Source: Ramlibacter sp.
Lineage (GTDB): Bacteria; Pseudomonadota; Gammaproteobacteria; Burkholderiales; Burkholderiaceae_C
DNA length: 64,000 nt
Direction of reading: 5' to 3'
Assembly: GCF_035554825.1 (NCBI RefSeq)
Contig: NZ_DATMHS010000103.1
Coordinates: 8,377 to 72,376 of the forward strand
Positions 46,781 to 56,649 of this stretch are shown here, one piece after another (position 1 is the first letter of the stretch; every line of letters begins with the position of its first letter). Under the pieces are notes generated by a model that saw only the letters and a program-made list of their open reading frames with translations, did not search any database and was not told the origin of the DNA. Both the position numbers and the translations under genes were made by a program.

Positions 46781-48145
46781 ATGAGATTCATGCGTTTCTT
46801 CTCCATGCCGAAAATGGGGATCAGCCTGGCGCTCGCGCTGCTGGCAGCGTGCGTTCTCATCGGCATCAACGAAACCGGTTTCACCCAGTCCACCAAGGCC
46901 CTCGACAACATCGCCGATGCTTCCCGCACCCGCGCATCGCTCAACCGGGTGCTGCAGCACGTGCTCGACGCCGAGACCGGCTCGCGCGGCTACCTGCTCA
47001 CGGGGGACCCGCGCTATCTCGAACCCTACAACGCCGCCGTCGCCGAAATCGGCCAGCAGCTCGATGCGCTGCGCACCATCTACGCCCCCAACGCCGACGA
47101 GTACGCCGTCCTGGGCCAGCTCACCCGCAACGTGCAGCGCAAGCTGGCCGAGATGGACCTGTCGGTGCGGATGCGCAAGCAGGGCAACGAGGACGCCTGG
47201 AAGTTCGTGCTGATGACCGACGTCGGCAAGGAGCACATGGATGCCATCCGCGAGCAGGCGACCAAACTGATCAACTCGTCGACGGCGCGCATGGAAGTCA
47301 GCCAGGTGCAGGTGCGCCGCTCCCTGCTGCTTTCGCGCATCGGCATCGCGGCGGTCGCCATGGCCGGCCTGCTCGCCTTCTATCTGTATCTGCGCCAGAC
47401 GACGGCGCTGGAGCGCGCCGGCGAACAGCAGCAAAAGATCCTGCAGCAGGAACGCGACCTGCTCGAGCGCCAGGTGCGCGAGCGCACCGCGACGCTGGCC
47501 GAACTGGCCACCCACTTGCAGCAGGTGCGCGAAGAAGAGCGCGGGCACCTGGCGCGCGAACTGCACGACGAGCTCGGGGCCCTGCTGACGGCGGCCAAGC
47601 TCGATGTCGCGCGGCTCAAGTCCCGACTGGGCACACCCGTCACGCCGGAGGTGTCGCAGCGGCTTCAGCATCTGAACGAAGCGCTCAACAGCGGCATTGC
47701 GTTGAAGCGCCGCATCATCGAGGACCTGCGGCCGTCGTCGCTGTCCAACCTGGGGCTCACGGCGTCGCTCGAGATCCTGGCACGCGAGTTCTCCGAGCGC
47801 TCGGGGATCGAGGTCACCTCCGAACTCGAACGGGTCGATCTCGACGAGCCGAGCCAGCTCACGGTGTACCGGCTGGTGCAGGAGTCGCTCACCAACGTGG
47901 GCAAGTACGCGGAAGCCAAGCACGTGGCCATCACGCTCCAGAACCACGAGAACCACGTGGAGGTCGAGATCGGCGACGACGGCAAAGGCTTCAATGTCAC
48001 CGCCATCCGCCCGTCGACCCACGGCCTCGCCGGGATGCGGCACCGGGTCGAAGCGGCCGGTGGGCGGCTCACCGTGGTGTCGACCCCGGGCAAGGGCAGC
48101 CGGATCTCGGCCGTGCTGCCGAAGCAGGTGCTCACTGCGGCCTGA
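46781..48145 (+). CDS. CHASE3-domain sensor histidine kinase (HisKA_3/NarX-type)
   Basis: 454 aa. TM, then a CHASE3-like periplasmic region ([22 protein letters not shown]), a second TM, a coiled coil, the H-box [17 protein letters not shown], and the ATPase domain ([15 protein letters not shown]). Confidence 0.88.
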   Translation: MRFMRFFSMPKMGISLALALLAACVLIGINETGFTQSTKALDNIADASRTRASLNRVLQHVLDAETGSRGYLLTGDPRYLEPYNAAVAEIGQQLDALRTIYAPNADEYAVLGQLTRNVQRKLAEMDLSVRMRKQGNEDAWKFVLMTDVGKEHMDAIREQATKLINSSTARMEVSQVQVRRSLLLSRIGIAAVAMAGLLAFYLYLRQTTALERAGEQQQKILQQERDLLERQVRERTATLAELATHLQQVREEERGHLARELHDELGALLTAAKLDVARLKSRLGTPVTPEVSQRLQHLNEALNSGIALKRRIIEDLRPSSLSNLGLTASLEILAREFSERSGIEVTSELERVDLDEPSQLTVYRLVQESLTNVGKYAEAKHVAITLQNHENHVEVEIGDDGKGFNVTAIRPSTHGLAGMRHRVEAAGGRLTVVSTPGKGSRISAVLPKQVLTAA

Positions 48146-48327
48146 GTCCGGCCGAGTTTGTCCGAAAGCGCCGGTTTGCGCGTCAGCGCATTCCTACGTA
48201 CGCCACCCCCGCCTACCGACATCCGGTCACGCCTGCCGCTGATCACTCGCGCTCGAGCGCGGGCACTACCCTTGCCGCAGGCGTCGCGGCGCCGCCATCA
48301 ACCCGGCCGCGGCCCAAGGAGTTCCAG

Positions 48328-48492
48328 ATGTTGCACTACGCCATTGTGTTCCTCGTGATCGCGCTGATCGCCGCCCTCTTCGGCTTCGGCGGCATTGCCG
48401 CGGGCGCGGTGGGCATCGCGAAGATCCTGTTCTTCGTGTTCGTGATCATGGCCATCGTCGCATTCGTCGTGAACTTCAGCCGCAAGGGTTAG
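48328..48492 (+). CDS. DUF1328 (UPF0391/YtjA-like) small membrane protein
   Basis: ATG 48328 after AAGGAG. 54-aa product [50 protein letters not shown]. Confidence 0.8.
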   Translation: MLHYAIVFLVIALIAALFGFGGIAAGAVGIAKILFFVFVIMAIVAFVVNFSRKG

Positions 48493-48534
48493 GGCAGACA
48501 GCTTTCCACCATCCCACACAAGAGGAATCGCACC

Positions 48535-48873
48535 ATGTTCTCCAGCAAACAACTCCATGCCTCCGCCGCCGGCGACGAGGCGCTCGGCGTGACGGAAAAA
48601 GCGCTCGGCACCACCAAGGAACTCGCCGCCCACGCGATCGACCGGGTGCGCGGCCTGGGCAGCGAGGTGAAGGGCTATGCGTCGCGTGGCGTCAGCACCA
48701 TGGGCGACGCGACCAGCGTCGCCAGCCGCCAGCTGGGCCAGTACGCCAAGGCCACCGGCCGCTACGTGAGCGACGAGCCGGTGAAGTCCGCCCTGATCGC
48801 CGCCGCCGTCGGTGCCGCCGTGACGGCACTGGTGCTGGCGCTGCGTCGCAACAGCAAGCGCTACTACTACTGA
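48535..48873 (+). CDS. DUF883 (ElaB/YqjD-like) tail-anchored stress protein
   Basis: 112 aa. C-terminal region is PVKSALIAAAVGAAVTALVLALRR, with an amphipathic N-terminal region. Confidence 0.75.
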   Translation: MFSSKQLHASAAGDEALGVTEKALGTTKELAAHAIDRVRGLGSEVKGYASRGVSTMGDATSVASRQLGQYAKATGRYVSDEPVKSALIAAAVGAAVTALVLALRRNSKRYYY

Positions 48874-48893
48874 CACCCGCGCCCGAGGCCCGC

Positions 48894-49265
48894 ATGGTCC
48901 ATCCCATTTTTTCGGTGCTGATCACCCGACCCGAACTGGTCATGGACCACGTCGCGGGCTACGCGGCGCTCGTGCAGGAAGAGGCGTCCAGCGTCGGCCT
49001 GGAGGTTGCCAAGCGCGTGATCGCCTGGGGCGTCGCCGTGCTGGGCCTGATCGTGTTCCTGGTGCTGGCGGGCGTGGCCGTGATGCTCGGGGCGACCCAG
49101 GGCTTCCACTGGTCGCTGGTGCTCACGCCCGCGGTCGCCCTGGCGGTCTCGGCGATCGCCTGGAACGTCGCGCGCCAGCGGCTGCCGGCCAAGGCCTTCA
49201 CCGAGCTGCGGGCCCAGCTGGACGCCGACGCGCAGGCACTGCGCACGATCGGAGCGCGCACATGA
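48894..49265 (+). CDS. YqjE-like (phage-holin-family/DUF1469) membrane protein
   Basis: 123 aa with two central TM helices (VIAWGVAVLGLIVFLVLAGVAVML, LVLTPAVALAVSAIAW). It follows a DUF883 gene, as in yqjD-yqjE. Confidence 0.65.
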   Translation: MVHPIFSVLITRPELVMDHVAGYAALVQEEASSVGLEVAKRVIAWGVAVLGLIVFLVLAGVAVMLGATQGFHWSLVLTPAVALAVSAIAWNVARQRLPAKAFTELRAQLDADAQALRTIGART

Positions 49266-49347
49266 GCGGCGCGGCGACGCGCTGCACCCTCCTGCCGGCA
49301 TGCTGCCGGCCGCCAGCCAACTCCTTCGCCCGGCGCGGGAGGGCCCG

Positions 49348-49839
49348 ATGAGCAATGCCTCCGACAAGCTGGCCCAGACCCGGCTGGCGATCATCGCCCA
49401 CCTGCACAGCCGCGAGCGCCACCACGAACGGCGCGGCAGCGATCACTACGACGACGCGGCGGCCCAGGAAGGCGCGGGCGGCCAGGAGCGGCGCTGGGGC
49501 CGACGTGGGTCGAGCGACGGCGAATCGCGCCATCGCAGCGCGGGCGGCTGGCTCGGTCACCTCCGGCACGTGGTGCGCACCTGGTGGCGGCACCACCCGG
49601 CGAGCATGGGCCTGGAGCTGGTGACGCCGGTCCTGTCCAACTACGCGTCGCGCAAGCCGGTGCAGTACCTCGGCATCGCGGCCGCGGTGGGCGCGGTCGT
49701 GATGCTGGCACGGCCGTGGCGGCTGATTTCGGTCACCGGCCTGGTCGTGGCGATCGTGAAGTCGTCGCAGCTGTCGAGCGTCGTGATGTCGGCGATGGCG
49801 GGCGCCGACTACGGCAAGGACGGCGAGCCGCCGGTATGA
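49348..49839 (+). CDS. Hypothetical His/Arg-rich protein with C-terminal TM segments (YqjK-position)
   Basis: Internal ATG 49348 (MSNASDKLAQTRLAIIAHLHSRE...). Hydrophobic segments: YLGIAAAVGAVVMLARPW and ISVTGLVVAIV. No family recognised. Confidence 0.5.
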   Translation: MSNASDKLAQTRLAIIAHLHSRERHHERRGSDHYDDAAAQEGAGGQERRWGRRGSSDGESRHRSAGGWLGHLRHVVRTWWRHHPASMGLELVTPVLSNYASRKPVQYLGIAAAVGAVVMLARPWRLISVTGLVVAIVKSSQLSSVVMSAMAGADYGKDGEPPV

Positions 49840-49936
49840 GATCAGGCAAGCCGGAGCGCGTGGTGCCGTCGCCCCGGGGAGTTCAATTGGGAAGCTTCGG
49901 CACCGACCATCATTTCAACGCAACAAGGAGAAGATC

Positions 49937-50260
49937 ATGATCACCACCAAATACGCACGCGCGTTCGCATTCGCCCTGGTGGCCGGGGCCACCGTCCTGA
50001 GCACGGGCTGCTCGGTCATCCGCGGCCAGGAATCGGTCGGCGCCTACGTCGACGACACCACGATCACGGCGGCCGTGAAGGCCAAGTTCGTCGAGGACAA
50101 GACCGTCGACGCCGGCGCGATCAAGGTGCAGACCCTCAACGGCACCGTGCAGCTGTCCGGTTTCGCGAAGTCCAACGCGGAGAAGGCCAAGGCCGAATAC
50201 ATCGCGCGCAACACCAAGGGCGTGCGCGAGGTGCAGAACCACCTGACGGTCCGTCCCTGA
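49937..50260 (+). CDS. BON-domain lipoprotein (OsmY-like)
   Basis: 107 aa. Lipobox VLSTGC. BON domain: DDTTITAAVKAKFVEDKTVDAGAIKVQTLNGTVQLSGFA...GVREVQNHLTV. SD is AAGGAGAAG. Confidence 0.85.
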   Translation: MITTKYARAFAFALVAGATVLSTGCSVIRGQESVGAYVDDTTITAAVKAKFVEDKTVDAGAIKVQTLNGTVQLSGFAKSNAEKAKAEYIARNTKGVREVQNHLTVRP

Positions 50261-50294
50261 GGCGACGCGCGGGGCTGCGGCCCCGCCGCACGGA

Positions 50295-50332
50295 GGCAGG
50301 CGAGCGGCCCACGGGGGCGCGCCTGCCTTTTC
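50295..50332 (+). terminator. Terminator-like hairpin after the BON lipoprotein gene
   Basis: Stem ggcaggcg / cgcctgcc followed by TTTTCT. A second GC hairpin, gcggggctgcggccccgc, lies at 50269-50286. Confidence 0.5.
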
Positions 50333-50351
50333 TCATGGGCGAGCGCATCCG

Positions 50352-51464
50352 ATGAAGACGTTCCGTTGCGGCCACTGCGGCCAGCCGCTGTTTTTCGAGA
50401 ACGTGCAGTGCCTGCGCTGCGGCAGCGCGGTGGCGTTCCTGCCGGACCGGCTGGCGCTGGCGGCGATCGAGCCGGCGCCGGGCGCCGCCGAGGGCCTGTG
50501 GCGCCAGCGCGGCCGCGGCCAGGCCGGCGGCCGCGCCTATCGCCTGTGCCGCAACCACGGCGAGCACCAGGCCTGCAACTTCGCCGTGTCGGCCGACGAT
50601 CCGAACCCGCTGTGCGTCTCCTGCCGCCAGACGCGGCTCCTGCCGGACCTGTCGCTGCCGGACAACCACCAGCGCTGGTATCGCATCGAGATGGCGAAGC
50701 GGCGCCTGTTCTACACCCTGGCCAAGCTGGGCCTGGTCGCCGTGGAGCCGCCCGGCGGCCGGCGCGACGGCCCGATCTTCGAATTCCTCGCGGACCTGCC
50801 CGGCCATCAGGTGCTCACCGGCCATTGCGATGGCGTGATCACCCTGAACATCGCCGAGGCGGACGACACCGAGCGGGTGCGCCGCCGGGTCGCGCTGCAC
50901 GAGCCGTATCGCACCTTGCTCGGTCACCTGCGCCACGAATCCGGCCACTATTACTGGGACCGCCTGATCCGCGACGGCGATCGCCTGGACGCGTTCCGCG
51001 CGATGTTCGGGGACGACCGCCTCGACTACGGGGAGGCGCTGGACCGCTACTACGCCGCCGGCGGCGCGGCGCCTGGCTGGCAGCAGCAGTACGTCACGGC
51101 CTATGCCACCGCCCATCCCTGGGAGGACTGGGCCGAGACCTGGGCCCACTACCTGCACATGGTGGACCTGCTGGAAACCGCGGCCTCGTACAGCACGCGG
51201 CTGACGGTGCCGGGCGACGGCGCGGAAGCAGAAGCGGTCGCGAATCCGTTCGGCCGGGGCGCGGGCGATTTCGGCCAGCTCGTCGAGCAGTGGATCCCGC
51301 TCACGCTGCTGGTCAACAGCCTGAACCGCAGCCTGGGACATGACGATGCCTACCCGTTCGCGCTGAGCCCCGGGGCGCTGGACAAATTGCGCTTCGTCCA
51401 CGACGTGATCCACGCCGCGCCGCCGCCGGCCGGGTCGCGCGGCGAAGGCGCCGCGCCGACATGA
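50352..51464 (+). CDS. Zinc-ribbon plus putative zinc metallopeptidase domain protein
   Basis: 370 aa. N-terminal zinc ribbon: CGHCGQPLFFENVQCLRCGS. HExxH motif: LRHESGHYYW. Also has HPWEDWAETWAHYLH. Confidence 0.75.
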   Translation: MKTFRCGHCGQPLFFENVQCLRCGSAVAFLPDRLALAAIEPAPGAAEGLWRQRGRGQAGGRAYRLCRNHGEHQACNFAVSADDPNPLCVSCRQTRLLPDLSLPDNHQRWYRIEMAKRRLFYTLAKLGLVAVEPPGGRRDGPIFEFLADLPGHQVLTGHCDGVITLNIAEADDTERVRRRVALHEPYRTLLGHLRHESGHYYWDRLIRDGDRLDAFRAMFGDDRLDYGEALDRYYAAGGAAPGWQQQYVTAYATAHPWEDWAETWAHYLHMVDLLETAASYSTRLTVPGDGAEAEAVANPFGRGAGDFGQLVEQWIPLTLLVNSLNRSLGHDDAYPFALSPGALDKLRFVHDVIHAAPPPAGSRGEGAAPT

Positions 51465-51530
51465 GGCCGAGCGCGGCCTGAAAAAGCCAGGGCCACCCCA
51501 CGGTGGCCCAGCAGCGCCTGGCGGGCGGCC

Positions 51531-52055
51531 TCAGCTGGCCTTGATGGTCAGCTGGTTGTTCACCGAGGTCACGCCCTTGACGCGGTGCGCCACTTCGGTC
51601 GCCCGCTCCTTGGCGCTGGCCGTGGGCGCCGGGCCGCTCAGGGTGACCACGCCGTTCTGCGTGTCGACGTCGATCCGCAGCGCGCTCAGCTCCTTGTCCG
51701 CGACCAGGGCCGCGTTCACCTTGGCGGTGACGGAGGCATCGTCGACCTTGTCGGCCGCGGCGCTGCCCAGCGCCCGGGTCTTGTCGGCCGCCGCCGCGCC
51801 CATGGCCCGGGTGTCGTCGGCTGCCGCCGCGCCCATGGCCTTGGTGCTTTCGGCGGCCCGGTCGGCCGCGGCGCCGGCACTGGCCGTGGCGTCACGCGCC
51901 TCGCGACGCGCGCCCTGCGCCGTCTGGCCGGCCCGCGTCGACGCTTCGTTGCGCTCGGCCGCGGTGCGCTCGTCGGCGCGATCGCAGCCGGCGAGCCCCA
52001 GCAGCAACGCTGCCGCGGAGATCGCGAGCAATGGCTTGCGGTGGATGGTCTTCAT
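51531..52055 (-). CDS. BON-domain lipoprotein with an Ala-rich repeat linker
   Basis: Internal ATG 52053-52055. Product begins MKTIHRKPLLAISAAALLLGLAGC. Repeated linker units: AMGAAAADDTRAMGAAAADKTRALGSAAADK. C-terminal BON domain: IDVDTQNGVVTLSG..GVTSVNNQLTI. Confidence 0.8.
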   Translation of the reverse strand: MKTIHRKPLLAISAAALLLGLAGCDRADERTAAERNEASTRAGQTAQGARREARDATASAGAAADRAAESTKAMGAAAADDTRAMGAAAADKTRALGSAAADKVDDASVTAKVNAALVADKELSALRIDVDTQNGVVTLSGPAPTASAKERATEVAHRVKGVTSVNNQLTIKAS

Positions 52056-52120
52056 GGGGAACTCCTCTGTCTCGAATGGTGACGAACCGGGGCCTTGCAC
52101 CCCGCAACGTTCCACTCTAG

Positions 52121-54664
52121 TCAGCGCACCCCAGCCGTGCCGTCGGAGCGCTCCGAAGCAGCTGTAGGAGAAGGCGAGGAATCGCGCTCCATGTCGCGCA
52201 GGATGCGGTCCAGGCGCGTCGACAGCTGCTCCGTGGACAACTGCTCGCGGAACCGCTCCACCATCAGCGGCAAGCTCATCGGGCTGGGATGCCGCAGCGG
52301 CGCGTGCTCCAGGGCCCTCGACAGGATTCGTTCGAGCGTGGCTCGCAGGCGCGACAGCTCCAGCTCCTGGCTCAGCACTTCGTGCTGGGCCTGGCTGAGC
52401 AGCAGGTTGCCGCGGTCGTACTTGCGGAACACTTCGAAGAACAAGCCGCTGGATGCCTGCAGCTGGCGCGCGCTCTTCGGCTGGCCGGGGTAACCCGAGA
52501 ACACCAGCCCGGCCACGCGCGCGATCTCGCGAAAGCGGCGCTGCGCCAGCTCGGTCGAATTGAGCGAGGCCAGCACGTCGCTCAGGAGATCCTCGGTGGT
52601 GAACACCGCGCGGCTGGTCACCGGGGCGAGGTCGATCGGCTCGGCGCTGACCAGTTCGAATCCGTAGTCGTTCACCGACATGCTGAAGGTGTTGGGCCGA
52701 TCGCGCGCGAGGCGCCAGGCGAGCAGGCTGGCCAGCCCCAGGTGCACATGGCGGCCGGCAAACGGATAGAGATACACATGGTGGCCTTCGCGCGAGTGGA
52801 AGGTCTCCAGCAGCACGGCCTGCGGGGTCGGAATGCGCGACAGCCGCGCCTGCGTTTCCAGCATCGGACGGGCGGCCTGCAGTTCGGGCTCGACGAAGTC
52901 GCCGCGCGCGGCCCGCTGCATCATCTCCAGCACGGCGTCGCCCATTTCGGTGGACAGCGCCATCTTGCTGCCCTGCCAAGTCGGCACGGTCCCCTTGTTC
53001 CTGGTGGCCTTGCGCACGTACGCGGCCATCTCGCGCACCCGCACGAACTCGAGCAGGCGGCCGGCGAAGAAGAAACAGTCGCCGCGCCGCAGCCGGGCGA
53101 TGAAGCCTTCCTCGATGGTGCCGATGTGGCCGCCGGTGAGCCACTTGACCTGCATCGCCGCGTCGCTGACGATGGTGCCGATGCCGAGCCGGTGGCGCTT
53201 GGCGATCTGGCGGTCCGGGACGCGGTAGACGCCCTGCTCGTCGGCGGCGATCCGGTGGTAGTCCGGATAGGCGGTGAGGCTGTCGCCGCCGCGTTCGCAG
53301 AACGCCAGCGCCCATTCGAATTCGGCACGCGTGAGCTCGCGATAGGCCCAGGCCGTGCGCACCTCCTCGTACAGCTCCTCCGGCCGGAAGCCGCCCCCCA
53401 GCGCCACCGTGACGAGGTGCTGGACCAGCACGTCGAGCGGCTTGTCGGGCGAGGAGCGGTCCTCGATGCGGCCGGCATGGACCGCCTCGCGCGCGGCGGC
53501 GGCCTCGATGATCTCCATGGTGTTGGTCGGCACCAGCGTGAGCCGGCTGGCGCGACCCGGGGCGTGGCCGCTGCGGCCGGCGCGCTGCATCATGCGGGCC
53601 ACGCCCTTGGGCGAGCCGATCTGCAGCACGCGCTCGACCGGCAGGAAATCGACGCCCAGGTCCAGCGACGAGGTCGCGACCACCGCGCGCAGCCGGCCTT
53701 CCTTCAGCCCCTGCTCCACCCAGTCACGGGTCGACTTGTCGATCGAGCCGTGGTGCAGCGCGATCTCGCCGGCCCAGTCGGGCCGGGACTCCAGCAGCAA
53801 CTGGTACCAGATCTCGGCCTGCGAGCGCACGTTGGTGAAGACCAGCGTGGTGCCGGAGCGGGCGATCTCGTCCACCACCGGCTGCTGCATGCGCGCGCCC
53901 AGGTGCCCGGCCCACGAGTACTTGCCGGGGTCGGGCGGAATCAGCGTGTCGATGACGATGTCCTTCTCGATCTTGCCCTGGACCAGCACCGGCGCGGGCG
54001 CCGCGGCGCGCTGCCCCGGCTGGCAGAGGGTGGCCATCGCGGTCTGCAGGTTGCCGAGCGTGGCGCTGAGGCCCCAGGCGACCAGCCGCGGGTTGAGCCG
54101 CCAGAGCCGCGCCAGGGCCAGCTGCGCCTGCACGCCGCGCTTGCTGCCGATCAGCTCGTGCCATTCGTCGACCACCACGAACTCGACTGGCGCCAGTTCC
54201 TCGGGCGCGTGCGGGCGCGTGAGCATCAGGCTCAGCGACTCGGGCGTCGTCACCAGCACGGTGGGAAAACGGCGGTCCTGCCGCGCCCGCTCGGCGCTGG
54301 GCGTGTCGCCGGTGCGCTGGCCGATGGTCCAGTCGGGCGCCAGGTCCCGCAGCGGCTGCGCCAGGGCGCGCGTGGTGTCCGAGGCGAGCGCCCGCATCGG
54401 GGTCAGCCAGATCACCCGCAGCGGCTGCGCGGCCCCGGGGTCGTGCCGCCGCAGCAAGGCCTGCAACATGGCCAGCCAGACCGCATAGGTCTTGCCCGAG
54501 CCGGTGGTCGCGTGGAGCATCCCGCTGCGCCCCTGCGCCACGGCGTCCCACACCTGCTGCTGGAACGGGAACGCCTGCCAGCCCCGACCGGCGAGCCAGT
54601 CCGCCACGGTCGATGCGGTCTTCGGCGAGGGGCCGGGTACTGCGGCAGGCATGGAAAGCGGCAC
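52121..54664 (-). CDS. Ligase-associated DNA damage response DEXH-box helicase (Lhr-like)
   Basis: 847 aa. Motifs: ATTGSGKT (Walker A) and VVVDEWHEL (DEXH). Lhr-type C-terminal domain. GTG start 54664, or ATG 54652. Confidence 0.88.
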   Translation of the reverse strand: MPLSMPAAVPGPSPKTASTVADWLAGRGWQAFPFQQQVWDAVAQGRSGMLHATTGSGKTYAVWLAMLQALLRRHDPGAAQPLRVIWLTPMRALASDTTRALAQPLRDLAPDWTIGQRTGDTPSAERARQDRRFPTVLVTTPESLSLMLTRPHAPEELAPVEFVVVDEWHELIGSKRGVQAQLALARLWRLNPRLVAWGLSATLGNLQTAMATLCQPGQRAAAPAPVLVQGKIEKDIVIDTLIPPDPGKYSWAGHLGARMQQPVVDEIARSGTTLVFTNVRSQAEIWYQLLLESRPDWAGEIALHHGSIDKSTRDWVEQGLKEGRLRAVVATSSLDLGVDFLPVERVLQIGSPKGVARMMQRAGRSGHAPGRASRLTLVPTNTMEIIEAAAAREAVHAGRIEDRSSPDKPLDVLVQHLVTVALGGGFRPEELYEEVRTAWAYRELTRAEFEWALAFCERGGDSLTAYPDYHRIAADEQGVYRVPDRQIAKRHRLGIGTIVSDAAMQVKWLTGGHIGTIEEGFIARLRRGDCFFFAGRLLEFVRVREMAAYVRKATRNKGTVPTWQGSKMALSTEMGDAVLEMMQRAARGDFVEPELQAARPMLETQARLSRIPTPQAVLLETFHSREGHHVYLYPFAGRHVHLGLASLLAWRLARDRPNTFSMSVNDYGFELVSAEPIDLAPVTSRAVFTTEDLLSDVLASLNSTELAQRRFREIARVAGLVFSGYPGQPKSARQLQASSGLFFEVFRKYDRGNLLLSQAQHEVLSQELELSRLRATLERILSRALEHAPLRHPSPMSLPLMVERFREQLSTEQLSTRLDRILRDMERDSSPSPTAASERSDGTAGVR

Positions 54665-54797
54665 GGAGATGTCGGGCCATCGATTGTGGCGGGATCCGGC
54701 GCTGCCCGGGCCGGCCCGGCGGCAGCGAGCCGTGGCGACGGCGCCATGCGCCCCTCACGCCGGCATGCGGCGCGCGGCCAGGCGCCCCGAGGGTGCA

Positions 54798-55634
54798 TCA
54801 CGCGGTGAGGATCCAGCCCTCCAGCGGATCGAGGGTGTCCGGCAGTCCGTACCAGGGCGCGCCATGGCGCTGGGCCCAGGCAGCCTGGATCAGGCACAGC
54901 ACGGCGTCCAGACGGTCGCCGCTCGCGTCCTGCACCAGCGCGTCGTGCTGCGCATGGGTGAGCTTCAGCCGCAGGTTCAGGCGGGTGTGGCCCTGCTCCA
55001 GCCCCGTGACCAGGTCCTTGCGCGCGATCAGGCGATCGGGCGTCTGCCTGGCCCTCTCGTCGCTCTTGTAGCTGCGGCGCCCGAGCAGCTCGCGCGCCAG
55101 CAGCCCCGGATAGGCCTCCAGCGCCACGCGGCGCGGATCGCCCTCGTGCAGCCCCGGGATGTGGACGCCGGCGCGCAGCAGCCGCGGCAGCGCGGCGTGC
55201 AGCATGTATGCCACCGGCGGGTTGACCCATTTCATCGACGGGCTGGAGCCGGCGAGCTTGTCGAAGGCGCGATTGGCAAACTTGGCGCCTGCCGGCCGGC
55301 CATCGCAGAACCGGGCGAAGGTGGTTCGGATCTCGCCCCGCGAGAGGCTCGCGTAGTGCTCGATGCAGGCGCGCCACTGCACCGGCCAGCGCAGCTGCTC
55401 CACCAGCTCGCGCGGCAGCCCGAACGGGAAATCGAAGCCGCCGACCCAGTCGCGCGGCTGCGCCAGCCAGGCTTCGAAGGCATCCAGGGTCTCCAGCAGT
55501 TCGATGCGTTCGAGCACCACCCGGCCGGCGCGCTGGTTTCCCAGCGCCAGCACGATCGGCTTGCGGCGCGTCGGGGCGCTGGAGAAATCGCAGCCGACCA
55601 GCAGCGGCTGCGCCGCGCTCAGGGCTGGCCGCAC
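54798..55634 (-). CDS. DUF429-domain protein (function unknown)
   Basis: The C-terminal 278 codons of the 54798..56504 frame have normal composition (LLVGCDFSSAPTRRKPIVLALG...FDFPFGLPRELV...). The only plausible start is the in-frame GTG 55632-55634, which overlaps the upstream stop by 16 nt. Confidence 0.6.
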   Translation of the reverse strand: MRPALSAAQPLLVGCDFSSAPTRRKPIVLALGNQRAGRVVLERIELLETLDAFEAWLAQPRDWVGGFDFPFGLPRELVEQLRWPVQWRACIEHYASLSRGEIRTTFARFCDGRPAGAKFANRAFDKLAGSSPSMKWVNPPVAYMLHAALPRLLRAGVHIPGLHEGDPRRVALEAYPGLLARELLGRRSYKSDERARQTPDRLIARKDLVTGLEQGHTRLNLRLKLTHAQHDALVQDASGDRLDAVLCLIQAAWAQRHGAPWYGLPDTLDPLEGWILTA

Positions 55635-56611
55635 TCCACCACCACGTTGCCGGTCGCCTGGCCCCACTCCACCAGTTCGTGCGCCTCGGCGATGCGCGCC
55701 AGGGGGAAGCGGGCCGCGACGTTGTGCCGCAGCGCCCCGCGGCGCAGCCAGTCGCCGACATGGGCCTGGGCCTGGGCGCGGTCGGCCGGCGGCAGCTCGT
55801 AGACGATGAAAAAGCGCAGCCGCACGTTGTTGAGGATCAGGGGGAAGAACGGCAGCTTGAACTCGCCCGCGCCGCTGCCGTAGACGACGATGTCGCCGCC
55901 CGGCTTGAGCACCTGCAGGTCGAGCGCCGCATTGGCCGCGATGTCGACCTCGATGATGCGGTCCACCCCGGCGCCGCCGGTCGCGGCGCGGACCCGCTCG
56001 GCGGCGTCGCCGCTGCGGTAGTCGACGGCCAGATCGGCGCCGGCGTCCAGCGCCAGCCTGGCCTTGGCGTCGCTGCTCACCGTCGAGATGACCTGCCGCG
56101 CGCCGAGCAGCCGCGCGCACTGGATGGCGTAGTGGCCCACCGCGCCGGCACCGCCGGCCACCAGCACAGAACGGCCGACGACGCCGCCATCCACGGCCGC
56201 CGCCTGGTAGGCGGTCAACGCCGGAATGCCCAGGCAGGCGCCGGCGTCGTAGCCCACGTTGTCGGGCAGGTGCACCGCCTGCGGCGCCGGCAGCACCACG
56301 TATTCGGCGGCCGTGCCCCAGGCCCGCTTCCAGGCGCCGTTCCAGAGCCAGACGCGCTCGCCGACACGCGGCGCCGCCACGCCGGTGCCGACCGCGTCGA
56401 CGATGCCGGCGCCGTCGCTGTGGGGCACGATCCGGGGAAACGGCAGGACCTTGTTGCGCAGGCCGGCGCGGCCTTTCACGTCGGAGGGGTTGACGCCGGA
56501 ACACACCACGCGCACCCGCACCTCGCCCGGGCCGGGCTGGGGCAGTTCCATCTGCCCGAGGTGCAGGACTTCACGCGCCGGGCCGGTGGCTTCGTAGAAC
56601 GCAGCTTGCAT
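55619..56611 (-). CDS. NADPH:quinone oxidoreductase (zeta-crystallin/MDR family)
   Basis: Internal ATG 56609-56611 (MQAAFYEATGPAREVLHLGQMELP...). Motifs: GVNPSDV and VLVAGGAGAVGHYAIQ. Confidence 0.85.
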   Translation of the reverse strand: MQAAFYEATGPAREVLHLGQMELPQPGPGEVRVRVVCSGVNPSDVKGRAGLRNKVLPFPRIVPHSDGAGIVDAVGTGVAAPRVGERVWLWNGAWKRAWGTAAEYVVLPAPQAVHLPDNVGYDAGACLGIPALTAYQAAAVDGGVVGRSVLVAGGAGAVGHYAIQCARLLGARQVISTVSSDAKARLALDAGADLAVDYRSGDAAERVRAATGGAGVDRIIEVDIAANAALDLQVLKPGGDIVVYGSGAGEFKLPFFPLILNNVRLRFFIVYELPPADRAQAQAHVGDWLRRGALRHNVAARFPLARIAEAHELVEWGQATGNVVVECGQP

Positions 56612-56649
56612 GTCAGATCCCTCCCGCGTGATTGGTGTGCCAACGATTG

